Source of the DNA: Candidatus Sumerlaeota bacterium
GTDB lineage: Bacteria > Sumerlaeota > Sumerlaeia > Sumerlaeales > Sumerlaeaceae
DNA length: 64,000 nt
NCBI GenBank assembly: GCA_017161655.1
Contig: JADFCV010000001.1
Span: 196,945 to 260,944 of the forward strand
Direction of reading: 5' to 3'
Shown here: positions 10,334-18,920 of the stretch, piece by piece
How positions within the stretch are numbered: the first letter of the stretch is position 1
Layout: each line of letters opens with the position of its first letter
Translations under genes and position numbers: made by a program
The notes under the pieces: model-generated
Told to the model about the DNA's origin: nothing
The model's database searches: none
What the model saw: the letters and a program-made list of their open reading frames with translations, nothing else

Positions 10334-12124
10334 TTATTCCTCGTCTCCCACGGTGACGCGCAGGACTTCCTGAATCGTGGTCTGGCCAAGTAGCACCTTT
10401 TCCCAGCCATCCATGCGCAGGGTTCGCATACCCTTTTTCACGGCTACCCGCTTAATCTTCGTCGCAGGTTCGACCCTGATCACCATTTGGCGGAGTTCTG
10501 GATCATTGACAAAAATCTCGTGGATGGCGGTACGGCCGCGGTAGCCAGAGTTGTTGCATCTGTCGCACCCGGCACCTTTGTAAAAAGTGCGATCAGCGTA
10601 TTCTTTCGGGTCGTAGCCGACGCTCTCGATTTCTTCTGGTTTAGGCTTATACTCGATTTTGCAGTGACTACAGATTTTGCGCACGAGACGCTGCGCAACG
10701 ACTGCCTGGATCGAGCTCGCCACCAGGAAGGGCTTGATCCCCATGTCGATCAAACGCGTCGTGGCACTGGGCGCATCATTCGTGTGCAGCGTGCTAAAAA
10801 CTAGGTGACCAGTCAACGCTGCACGAATGCCGATCTCAGCAGGTTCAAGATCGCGCATTTCACCGACCATGATGACGTCCGGCGACTGACGCAAAATCGC
10901 GCGCAGTCCCTGCGCAAAATCCAGTCCGACTTCCTTGTTCACCTGAACCTGATTAATCCCGTCGATCATGTATTCGACAGGATCCTCAATGGTAACGATT
11001 TTCGTTTCTGGATTATTGATCGTAGAGAGTGCTGCGTAAAGCGTAGTCGTTTTCCCACTTCCTGTCGGACCTGTGAGCAGGATGACTCCATTGGGCGATT
11101 TAATTAATTCTTTGAAGAGCTTCACGGAGTCGGGCAGAAAACCGACGTCTTCCAGACCCATCAACACGCTTGCTTGATCGAGGATACGCATGACGATGGT
11201 CTCGCCAAAGATGGTCGGCATGGACGAAACACGTAGATCGAGTTTTTTCCCCTGAATCGTCAGTTTGATACGTCCGTCAAGAGGGACCCGCTTTTCAGCC
11301 AGATCCATCCCAGAAAGCACTTTCAGGCGAGAAATGATCGCGTTTTGCCACCGTTTGGGCGGTGCTGGCACCTCGTGCAGCACGCCATCGATTCGGAAAC
11401 GGATGGTCATCCCGGTTTTCGTTGGCTCAATGTGGATATCTGAAGCTCGGTCATGAACCGCCTGCTTGAAAATGAGGTCGACATACCTGACCACCGGCGG
11501 CTGGTCTACTTCAGGGGTTCCGGTGAGATCAATGTTCGCGTAGGCGTCCTCTTCCTCAGCGCGTGACTCTGACTGAATGGCCTCATCCGCCGCGCTCGCG
11601 TAGAGATCCGCAATGTCTGAGCCTTCGTAATAATGCTTAATGAAGCGGTTGATGTCGTCCTCGCTGGCGATAACAGGGATCACTTTCTTGTGATAAATAC
11701 GCTCAAGGTCGTCGGTGACCTGGATGTTGAGTGGATCCACAACCGCGACCCACAAGTGCTCATCGTCGTAGCGCACAGGAAAGACGCGGTATTTGACAGC
11801 ATGCTGCGAGTCGATCTGCTCGATCAGATCCGGAGTAGGTTTGAGCTCGCGAAGGTTGACTTTTTCAAGACCTAGGTTCTGGGCGAGCGCATCAAGAATG
11901 TCGTCGTCGCGAACAAGCCCTTGCGACACCAGGGCATGCTTGACTGTCTGTGCGCTTTCATCCTCAGGAATGAGATCTTTGATCATGTCCTGGCTAATCA
12001 GACCAGCTTCTTCGAGTAGCCAGGCTAAGGTTTTCCCTGTCCCTCCCCCGCCACCTTTGGCTTTTGTTGCTGCGGTTTTCTCAAAGTATCGTCGTTCTTC
12101 AGGTGTCGGTTTTCTAACGGCCAT
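10334..12124 (-). CDS. pilB: Type IV pilus assembly / type II secretion ATPase (GspE/PilB family)
   Basis: T2SSE_N domain; Walker A GPTGSGKTTTLYAAL; Asp box; Walker B; His box; tetracysteine C-x2-C...C-x2-C (CSHCK...CDRCNNSGY). The pilB symbol is inferred from neighbouring PilM/N/Q-like genes and could equally be gspE. Confidence 0.85.
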   Translation of the reverse strand: MAVRKPTPEERRYFEKTAATKAKGGGGGTGKTLAWLLEEAGLISQDMIKDLIPEDESAQTVKHALVSQGLVRDDDILDALAQNLGLEKVNLRELKPTPDLIEQIDSQHAVKYRVFPVRYDDEHLWVAVVDPLNIQVTDDLERIYHKKVIPVIASEDDINRFIKHYYEGSDIADLYASAADEAIQSESRAEEEDAYANIDLTGTPEVDQPPVVRYVDLIFKQAVHDRASDIHIEPTKTGMTIRFRIDGVLHEVPAPPKRWQNAIISRLKVLSGMDLAEKRVPLDGRIKLTIQGKKLDLRVSSMPTIFGETIVMRILDQASVLMGLEDVGFLPDSVKLFKELIKSPNGVILLTGPTGSGKTTTLYAALSTINNPETKIVTIEDPVEYMIDGINQVQVNKEVGLDFAQGLRAILRQSPDVIMVGEMRDLEPAEIGIRAALTGHLVFSTLHTNDAPSATTRLIDMGIKPFLVASSIQAVVAQRLVRKICSHCKIEYKPKPEEIESVGYDPKEYADRTFYKGAGCDRCNNSGYRGRTAIHEIFVNDPELRQMVIRVEPATKIKRVAVKKGMRTLRMDGWEKVLLGQTTIQEVLRVTVGDEE

Positions 12125-12409
12125 GTCCCTGTCTCACCTAGCTTATCTGCGCCAGATCCCAATAGGGGATCCTGAAGCCGCGCACCAAGCATCACATGCT
12201 TATCCGCCACTCATGCAAGAGCGTTTTTGTGGCGAATTCAACTCACCCAACGCGGCTCTTTATCATTTACATTTATGCGACACCTTTCACATAACATTCC
12301 ACAACAAAATTCGGTCGATCTCAGACTGGTAACGAATAAGCAAATCAGGCACCTGTTCTCCTAGCGGGGAATGGCCGCCCAATAATAAGGAATGAACTGA
12401 GGAGCGGGA

Positions 12410-12643
12410 ATGATTCTTCGTATTCTACCGCTGGTCCTGGTCTTGGTTGCCCTCGGGGCAATTGCGTGGGGAGTTTACCGTCTTCGAGACCGATTCGAGA
12501 TTCTGCGCGAGTTTCTTCAGTTTCTAGCCGAACGCAAACTCTGGTGGCTCGCACCGATCCTCATCGTTTTTGCTCTCGCGGGGATCTTTGTTGCAGTCAC
12601 CAGTAGTTCTGCCGTCAGTGCCTTCATTTACACCTTGTTTTAG
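12410..12643 (+). CDS. Small two-TM membrane protein, hypothetical
   Basis: 77 aa with two strongly hydrophobic helices (LPLVLVLVALGAIAWGV, WWLAPILIVFALAGIFVAV). Confidence 0.45.
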   Translation: MILRILPLVLVLVALGAIAWGVYRLRDRFEILREFLQFLAERKLWWLAPILIVFALAGIFVAVTSSSAVSAFIYTLF

Positions 12644-12669
12644 CCTTTTGGCCCCACGAGGTTGTCGCT

Positions 12670-12900
12670 ATGTTAAAAGTGCTCTGGGAAAAGTGGAAAC
12701 AGCTGGGATTCTTCTTAGCCAGGCTGTTTGGTTACGTTCTTTTTGCCGTTTTGTACGTAGTGTTGTTCGCCCCCGTGGCATTAATTGCGAAGCTTCTGGG
12801 CAAACATTTTCTTCCACAGTTTCCCTCTTCCACTCCTACCTACTTCCTCCCCAAAGAAAGAATTAAACCAACGCTGGAGTATCTCCGGCGTCAGTGGTAA
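12670..12900 (+). CDS. Small two-TM membrane protein, hypothetical
   Basis: 76 aa with hydrophobic helices (LGFFLARLFGYVLFAVLYVVLFAPVALIA); 26 bp after the preceding small gene. Confidence 0.45.
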   Translation: MLKVLWEKWKQLGFFLARLFGYVLFAVLYVVLFAPVALIAKLLGKHFLPQFPSSTPTYFLPKERIKPTLEYLRRQW

Positions 12901-12935
12901 AAAAGTAGGGCTTGTCCGCCTGGTGGACAAGCCCT
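12897..12935. terminator. Bidirectional rho-independent terminator shared by valS (-) and the small membrane genes (+)
   Basis: Perfect 11 bp stem AGGGCTTGTCC-gcctggt-GGACAAGCCCT. An A-tract (GTAAAAAAGT) on the + strand gives the T-tract for the minus-strand valS transcript. Confidence 0.75.
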
Positions 12936-12972
12936 CGACCACATGTATTTTCCGGAGCGGCGAGTTTGTGCT

Positions 12973-15735
12973 TCAGCCTTTGGTAAGCTGAGCAAGTTTT
13001 GCTGAATACTGGGTATATTCGGTCTCCAACTGTTCAAGTTTTGACTTTTCTTTTTCAACGACTGCTGCCGGTGCTTTCGAAACAAATGCTTCGCTCGAGA
13101 GTTTGCGTTTCTGGTTTTCGATAGCTTGCGAAAGGCGAGTCAGCTCGCGCTCAATTCGAGCAATTTCAGCATCACGCATTTCGGCGGGAAGCTCAACGTG
13201 CGCAACAACAGGCCCGGCAACCGCCGTGGAGGTGAAGGCGGACGGCGCTAGCTCAGAATGAATCCCAAGAGACTTCAGATTCGTGAGCCGCTCGATAAAA
13301 TCACGGTGTTCTTCTAACAAAGCTCGAGTCGCTTTATCGGCGCACACGAGCTTCACGTCCGTTGCTACGGCAGGCGGGACTTTCATTTCACCGCGAATGT
13401 TGCGAATCGCATAGACGATTTCCTGAAGAAGCCGGATAGCCGCTTGCGCTTTCTCGTCCACAAGGGATGCCAGCTCCTGTTCATCAAACTTGCTCCAGGG
13501 AGCGATCATGATAGATTCATGGCGGAGCGCTGCTAGCATCTTATCCCCAAGGCTGTTGCCCAAAGTCACCAGCGCATTGCTCCACCGAGATCGCAGAGCT
13601 TGCCAAAGTTCCTCCGTAATAAACGGACAAAACGGATGGAGAAGGCGCAGCATGCCTTCGAGAATTACAGCAGCTGTCGCCTGAGCGATGTGTTTGCTTT
13701 GCTCAGATCCTCCCGCATTTCCGTAAATGCGTGGCTTGATGAGCTCGAGGTAGTAGTCACAATAATCTTTCCACAAAAAGTCGTAAATTGCACGTACGGC
13801 ATCGTCAAAACGATACGTCTCGAGCGCCTTGTTCACATTTTGCACGGTGAGCGCGTATTCAGCGAGAATCCAGCGGTCTTCCAGCAAAAGGGAAGTCCCG
13901 TCTCGAGTCGGGAGCGCACTTGCCTGAGACAATTGCTCCGCGCCAAGGTCTTGCGTAAGACCAAGCACAAGCCGCGCTGCGTTCCAGATCTTATTCATGA
14001 AATTGCGATATCCCTCGCAGCGCTTAACGCTAAACGCGATGTGTTGTTCCTGGGCAGCGTAATCGCACAGGGTGATGCGCAGAGCGTCTGTTCCATACTC
14101 CGCCATAAGGTCTAGCGGGTCGATCGCGTTCCCCTTCGATTTGCTCATCTTCTTGCCGTGCTCGTCGCCCACAATGGGGTTAAAGTAAACATCACGGAAG
14201 GGGACTTCGCCCAAGAAATGAAGTCCCATCATGATCATGCGAGCCACCCACAGGAAGATGATATCCTTGGCTGTGACGAGCGTGTCTGTGGGATAAAAAA
14301 GCTGAAGCTCTCGAGTATCGTCAGGCCATCCCAACGTGGAAAATGGCCACAGCGCGCTAGAGAACCACGTATCGAGAACGTCGGGGTCTTGAACAAGTCG
14401 GCGATTTCCGCACTTGGGGCAGTTGCCATCATAAGTTTCAGTGTCGGTCACGACAAGTTCGCCGCACTGCTCACACGTCCATGCAGGAATACGATGCCCC
14501 CACCACAGCTGGCGTGAAATACACCAGTCGCGCAGGTTATCGAGCCAGTGGTAATAATCGCGCTCGCGGCTCTTGGGAATGAAGCGAACACGCCCTTCTT
14601 CAACGGCTTTTCGAGCTGGTTCTGCCAGCGGCGCCATTTTCACAAACCATTGAAGCGAAACATAAGGTTCGATCACGGTGTGGCAACGATAGCATTCGCC
14701 GGATCTTTGTGTGTAATCCTCGATTTTCTCAATGAGTCCTTGCGCCTCGAGGTCGGCGACTATTCGTTTGCGTGCTTCGTAGCGGTCGAGCCCAGCATAA
14801 GCGGGCACCGTCTCATTAATTTTGGCGTCAGGGGTGAGAACGTTAATCTCCTCGAGGCCGTGGCGTTTGCCTGCCTGATAGTCATTGAAGTCGTGGGCGG
14901 GTGTGATCTTCACCATTCCCGTCCCAAATTCTTTTTCCACGAAATCGTCAGCAATGACGGGTATCCGCCGTCCCACTAAGGGCAGAATGACATATTTGCC
15001 AATCCAGTCTCGGTAACGTTCGTCCGAGGGATTCACAGCTACAGCCGTATCGCCGAGCATAGTCTCGGGCCGGGTTGTGGCCACGACTGCAAATTTTCCG
15101 GACTCGCCTTCGAGAGGGTAACGAATATACCAAAGTTTGCCTGGCTTTTCTGTGAACTCGACCTCATCGTCGCTCAGCGTTGTACGGCATCGCGGACACC
15201 AGTTAACAAGATAATTTCCCCGGTAGATGAGCCCCTCATCATAAAGCCTTTTGAACACCGTGCGAACAGCGCGGGAAAGCCCAGGGTCCATAGTGAAACG
15301 CTCGCGTTGCCAGTCGCACGAGCAACCCAGCCGCTTAAGCTGCGTCACAATGATGCGGCCATGTTTTTCCTTCCACTGCCAAACGCGTTCAAGAAACCTC
15401 TCGCGCCCAAGCCCTTCACGCGTGAGTCCTTCTGCTTTAATAGCCCGTTCGACCACCACCTGTGTTGCAATGCTAGCGTGATCTGTTCCCGGAACCCAAA
15501 GGGCGTTGAAGCCTGACATTCGTTTCCATCGGATTAACACATCTTGAAGGGTGTTGTTGAGCGCGTGACCCATGTGCAATATCCCAGTGATGTTGGGCGG
15601 CGGGATCACGATGCAGTAGGGAGGTCGCTCGGAAGGATCAACAGTCTCATCAGCGTGGAAAAAGCCCTTATTTTCCCACCACTCGTACCACTTTGTTTCG
15701 GCTGCTTTTGGATCGTAACGACTTGGAAGTTCCAT
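12973..15735 (-). CDS. valS: Valine--tRNA ligase
   Basis: HIGH (HMGHALNNT) and KMSKS (KMSKSKGN) motifs, anticodon-binding and C-terminal coiled-coil regions. Start placed at MELPSRYDP (15735), preceded by GAGAGGG, rather than the upstream in-frame ATG at 15804. Confidence 0.95.
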   Translation of the reverse strand: MELPSRYDPKAAETKWYEWWENKGFFHADETVDPSERPPYCIVIPPPNITGILHMGHALNNTLQDVLIRWKRMSGFNALWVPGTDHASIATQVVVERAIKAEGLTREGLGRERFLERVWQWKEKHGRIIVTQLKRLGCSCDWQRERFTMDPGLSRAVRTVFKRLYDEGLIYRGNYLVNWCPRCRTTLSDDEVEFTEKPGKLWYIRYPLEGESGKFAVVATTRPETMLGDTAVAVNPSDERYRDWIGKYVILPLVGRRIPVIADDFVEKEFGTGMVKITPAHDFNDYQAGKRHGLEEINVLTPDAKINETVPAYAGLDRYEARKRIVADLEAQGLIEKIEDYTQRSGECYRCHTVIEPYVSLQWFVKMAPLAEPARKAVEEGRVRFIPKSRERDYYHWLDNLRDWCISRQLWWGHRIPAWTCEQCGELVVTDTETYDGNCPKCGNRRLVQDPDVLDTWFSSALWPFSTLGWPDDTRELQLFYPTDTLVTAKDIIFLWVARMIMMGLHFLGEVPFRDVYFNPIVGDEHGKKMSKSKGNAIDPLDLMAEYGTDALRITLCDYAAQEQHIAFSVKRCEGYRNFMNKIWNAARLVLGLTQDLGAEQLSQASALPTRDGTSLLLEDRWILAEYALTVQNVNKALETYRFDDAVRAIYDFLWKDYCDYYLELIKPRIYGNAGGSEQSKHIAQATAAVILEGMLRLLHPFCPFITEELWQALRSRWSNALVTLGNSLGDKMLAALRHESIMIAPWSKFDEQELASLVDEKAQAAIRLLQEIVYAIRNIRGEMKVPPAVATDVKLVCADKATRALLEEHRDFIERLTNLKSLGIHSELAPSAFTSTAVAGPVVAHVELPAEMRDAEIARIERELTRLSQAIENQKRKLSSEAFVSKAPAAVVEKEKSKLEQLETEYTQYSAKLAQLTKG

Positions 15736-16003
15736 TGGCCCTCTCGCAAACACAAATTGTTCGACCAAATCTATTTCCCCTTGCCACGGTGCATTCGAAG
15801 CCAAGTCAAGCGAGCAAAATCATAGAGCCTTTGACGTGTCCTGTTTTTGCGCGATGCGTGCGCAGTGTGTCGAGTTATTCAGCGGGGGGATAGTCTCTGT
15901 CTTGACAAACACAGAGTCCGTGAAGTTATTGTCGGAGTGTCGAATTTTCAAGTTAAGCAATTTTTCTGTGGAGCGAGACAAACAGGGAAGGCCAAAATCT
16001 AGG

Positions 16004-16020
16004 GTTGACGAGTCTTGTCA
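16004..16020. promoter_or_regulatory. Inverted repeat in the valS/pilMN divergent intergenic region (candidate operator)
   Basis: TTGACgagtcTTGTCAA sits ~160 bp upstream of the pilMN start. A TTGACA hexamer is also present at 15903. Confidence 0.2.
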
Positions 16021-16179
16021 AAATCGAAACCTTCGACGTAATCATTGGCAAAATTTGCAGCAAAGTGGCCCAGAGGGCAAAAGGTGATTTCATTTCGAGA
16101 TGGATGTTTGCTGTAATGCTTAGGAGCAGCAACAGTCGGATTTTACAGCGAATGCTGAGTGGAGGGTGTGTGCGCGCCC

Positions 16180-18183
16180 ATGCATAACTTGCGCAAATGT
16201 TTGGGAATAGACATCGGCACGACCTCAATAAAAATTGCCGAACTGGTAGCCGAAAAAACTGGTGCGCGCGTCACAAAGCTCCACACCGTACCTGTTCCGT
16301 TGCCGCCGGGTCCACTCGATGCTCAGCGAATTGAGATTGTTTCGAAAACCATCCGCGACGCACTGAAAGAACAGAAGATCACCACGAAACACGCGGTGTT
16401 CTGTATCTCTGGGCAGAACGTGTTTGTGCGCAAAGTTCGCCTTCCGCGCACAACCGAAGAGCGATTACATCGCATCATCGCCTATGAGGCGCGCCAGCAG
16501 ATTCCCTTTGCTCTCGAGAATGCGCTAGTCGAGTATCAGGTCTTCGACCTGGGGCCGGAAAGCGATCTCGAGGTTCTATTGGTGGCCGTCAAAAAGGACC
16601 TTGTTAACGAGTTTATGAAGCTCGTTAACAAGACAGCCCTCAAGCCCGTGGCCGTATCTGTGAGTTCCTTTGCTCTTTTCAATTTTCATGTATTCGATAG
16701 CACACCGTTCGACCGGCTTTGCGAAGAGCTAGGGCTGGTTAAAAAGAAGAAGGATTCAAAACGACAACCTAGTGTTGCCGAACCTGCCGCAGAGGGGGAG
16801 CAGCCATCCACAAAGAAGAAATTTAGTTTTAAGCTTCCCAGTTTCAGCTTCATAAAGAAAAAGGGACAAACGGCTCAGACGGGGGAAGCGGAGGAGCTTC
16901 CTGAGGTTGCCGTGGAGGAAGTTCCCGAAAAGGAGATTTTTGAGGAAGTGCGCGCCTTTGTCAATATCGGTGCGCAAACTTTCGATTTGGCCATCGCACG
17001 TCTTGGGAAGTATCGCCTTCTTGGTTTTACCCGCAGCGTCCCCTGGGGCGGGCTTGAGCTAACCAGAAGCTTACAAGAACGTCTTGGCATCGAAAACTTC
17101 GATGAAGCAGAAGAAATCAAACGCGAGAAAGCTGTGGTTGTTGTGCCAGGGCGTGAGAATGAGCTTGATGAAGCAGGAGCCGACCCTGATGCCTCGGAAT
17201 TCGCAACAACCTGGGCGGACCGCCTGATCCTGGATATTCGCAAATCTCTCGACTACTACATTTCACAGCCCGATGGGGTTGCTGTTGACGCAATTTGGTT
17301 AAGCGGTGGCCAAGCCGTACAGCCAAATCTTGCAGCGTATATCGAAGAGAAACTTGGCATCGCCGTCGAAATCAAGACTCACGTCGAAAATGACGCTCTG
17401 CGCGTACCAGTCGTGGAGGAGAATCAGGCAGGAATCACGAATTTTTGCATTGCGCTCGGTCTTGGCCTTACTGGGCTTGGTTATGGCCGGATCACCATTG
17501 ATTTCCTCCCGCGTGAGCTCAAAACATTACGAGAATTTAAGAAGAAAAACATCGAACTGCTGCTGTTGACAGCTGGTTTGGGTGCGATGATTGCCGTGAG
17601 TACGCAAGTTGGGCAGCGCGACGTTGCGAATATGAAGCGCTGGCTGGAACAGAACCAAATGAAAATCCAAACAGCTGCTCAAACAAAAGCAAAACTCGAT
17701 GAAGCTCGCCAGAAGCGTGACAAAGTGAATGCCAAATTCACCGCTCTTGGCGAGGCCATTGGCGACCGTGGCTTCTGGCTGGAGTTTCTGGGGATGTTGC
17801 AGAATGTGAAGCCTGCAGAAGTGCTTATCACGAGCATCCAGATGAAGCCCGATGGCGAAGTGACAATCGAATGTGAGGCGGAAAATCTCCGCTCTCTGTT
17901 GGACTTTGTAAAGGCTCTTAAGGGACAGACCGAGTGGGTGAAAGACATTATCAACAGCAACGTCGGGGATCCATCGCGTGTCCGTTTCTCAAACTTTGTG
18001 GGCAAGCAGGTTCAGACAGGTGTGATTACGCTTTTGGTGCATTGGAAGAAAACACGTTTGGCTCCTGCACGCCAAACACTTGAGCCAGGCCTTATGTATC
18101 CGACGCCGCCACCTGCTACACCTGCTGCACCGCGGCCCGGTCCAGGAGTAGGAGTGCCGGGAGCGGCCGAGCCAATGCTGTGA
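16180..18183 (+). CDS. Fused PilM-PilN type IV pilus assembly protein (actin-like PilM domain, TM, PilN periplasmic domain, Pro-rich C-tail)
   Basis: PilM hallmarks (CLGIDIGTTSIKIAEL, second actin-fold half DRLILDIRKSLDYYISQ...IWLSGGQA) interrupted by an ~80 aa K/E-rich insert. Then the PilN-type motif ITIDFLPRELK plus TM LLLLTAGLGAMIAVS, coiled coil, PilN-like beta domain and a PTPPPATPAAPRPGPGV tail. Start at ATG 16180 (MHNLRK) preferred over GTG 16159. Confidence 0.8.
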   Translation: MHNLRKCLGIDIGTTSIKIAELVAEKTGARVTKLHTVPVPLPPGPLDAQRIEIVSKTIRDALKEQKITTKHAVFCISGQNVFVRKVRLPRTTEERLHRIIAYEARQQIPFALENALVEYQVFDLGPESDLEVLLVAVKKDLVNEFMKLVNKTALKPVAVSVSSFALFNFHVFDSTPFDRLCEELGLVKKKKDSKRQPSVAEPAAEGEQPSTKKKFSFKLPSFSFIKKKGQTAQTGEAEELPEVAVEEVPEKEIFEEVRAFVNIGAQTFDLAIARLGKYRLLGFTRSVPWGGLELTRSLQERLGIENFDEAEEIKREKAVVVVPGRENELDEAGADPDASEFATTWADRLILDIRKSLDYYISQPDGVAVDAIWLSGGQAVQPNLAAYIEEKLGIAVEIKTHVENDALRVPVVEENQAGITNFCIALGLGLTGLGYGRITIDFLPRELKTLREFKKKNIELLLLTAGLGAMIAVSTQVGQRDVANMKRWLEQNQMKIQTAAQTKAKLDEARQKRDKVNAKFTALGEAIGDRGFWLEFLGMLQNVKPAEVLITSIQMKPDGEVTIECEAENLRSLLDFVKALKGQTEWVKDIINSNVGDPSRVRFSNFVGKQVQTGVITLLVHWKKTRLAPARQTLEPGLMYPTPPPATPAAPRPGPGVGVPGAAEPML

Positions 18184-18190
18184 GGCAACA

Positions 18191-18694
18191 ATGAACGAAA
18201 AGACGGAGAAAATACTGAAGTTGCTTCAGGCGAACATTGACCGCATTGTGATTGCGGTCATGTACGTCCTCGTTGGGGTTATGGTGTACTTCTGGTGGGC
18301 TGAGCAAAATCCTGAAGAAGCCACAGCCGGTGAGCAAAAAGTGGCTATCCTCAAGGATCCGGTTGCAGAAAATCCCAGCTACAAAATGATTGCAGAGTTT
18401 ACAAAGAATCCCGACATCTCAGCTTACCCTCAAATCGATCAAGTCGCCAAGTTCAACATGTTTGAGTATAAGTCGGTGAAACAGAGAGAAGCCCTTGAAC
18501 GCGAGGTGCGGGCAAAGGTCGAATCTGCCGACAAAGCTATTGCGGAGGGGCGAGTGGAGGAAGCACGTCGTCTGTTACGTGAAGTGCTGGATGCCTTCCC
18601 TGCTCACCAAAGGGCGCGGGAACTCATGAACAAGTTAACGAGTGAGTCGGGAAAGACTTCGGCAAAAGCAGGAGCCACTACAGCTCCAAAGTAA
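18191..18694 (+). CDS. Membrane-anchored pilus-assembly accessory protein (possible PilO/PilP-like), hypothetical
   Basis: Single N-terminal TM (IVIAVMYVLVGVMVYFWW), helical and TPR-like C-terminal region. 8 bp after the PilMN stop; GAGG RBS. Confidence 0.45.
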   Translation: MNEKTEKILKLLQANIDRIVIAVMYVLVGVMVYFWWAEQNPEEATAGEQKVAILKDPVAENPSYKMIAEFTKNPDISAYPQIDQVAKFNMFEYKSVKQREALEREVRAKVESADKAIAEGRVEEARRLLREVLDAFPAHQRARELMNKLTSESGKTSAKAGATTAPK

Positions 18695-18920
18695 GAGGGA
18701 AAAGTCGTGCATGATTTTGATTGCTTTTGAAAATCGCTTGGGACGTGAATATGGTCGCTATCTTGACTTCGCTACAACGAAGACGAGTGGCGAACGCGGT
18801 TGTGACGTTGACACGGGGTGTCATGAAACGAGAGGGGCAGAAGAGCCTCGTGTGGTGTGCCAGGAGCAAAGATTAGAGAAAGTAGAATTTGTAGGAACTA
18901 AAGGGAGAAAGCCGAAATCA

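Noticed and set aside
13600-14115. 171 aa plus-strand ORF
   Set aside because: It lies inside valS on the opposite strand. valS is unambiguous.
16100-16180. Candidate sigma-54 promoter (TGGCAAAATTTGCA) upstream of pilMN
   Set aside because: The GG-to-GC spacing is 2 nt too short for the -24/-12 consensus (GG-N10-GC).
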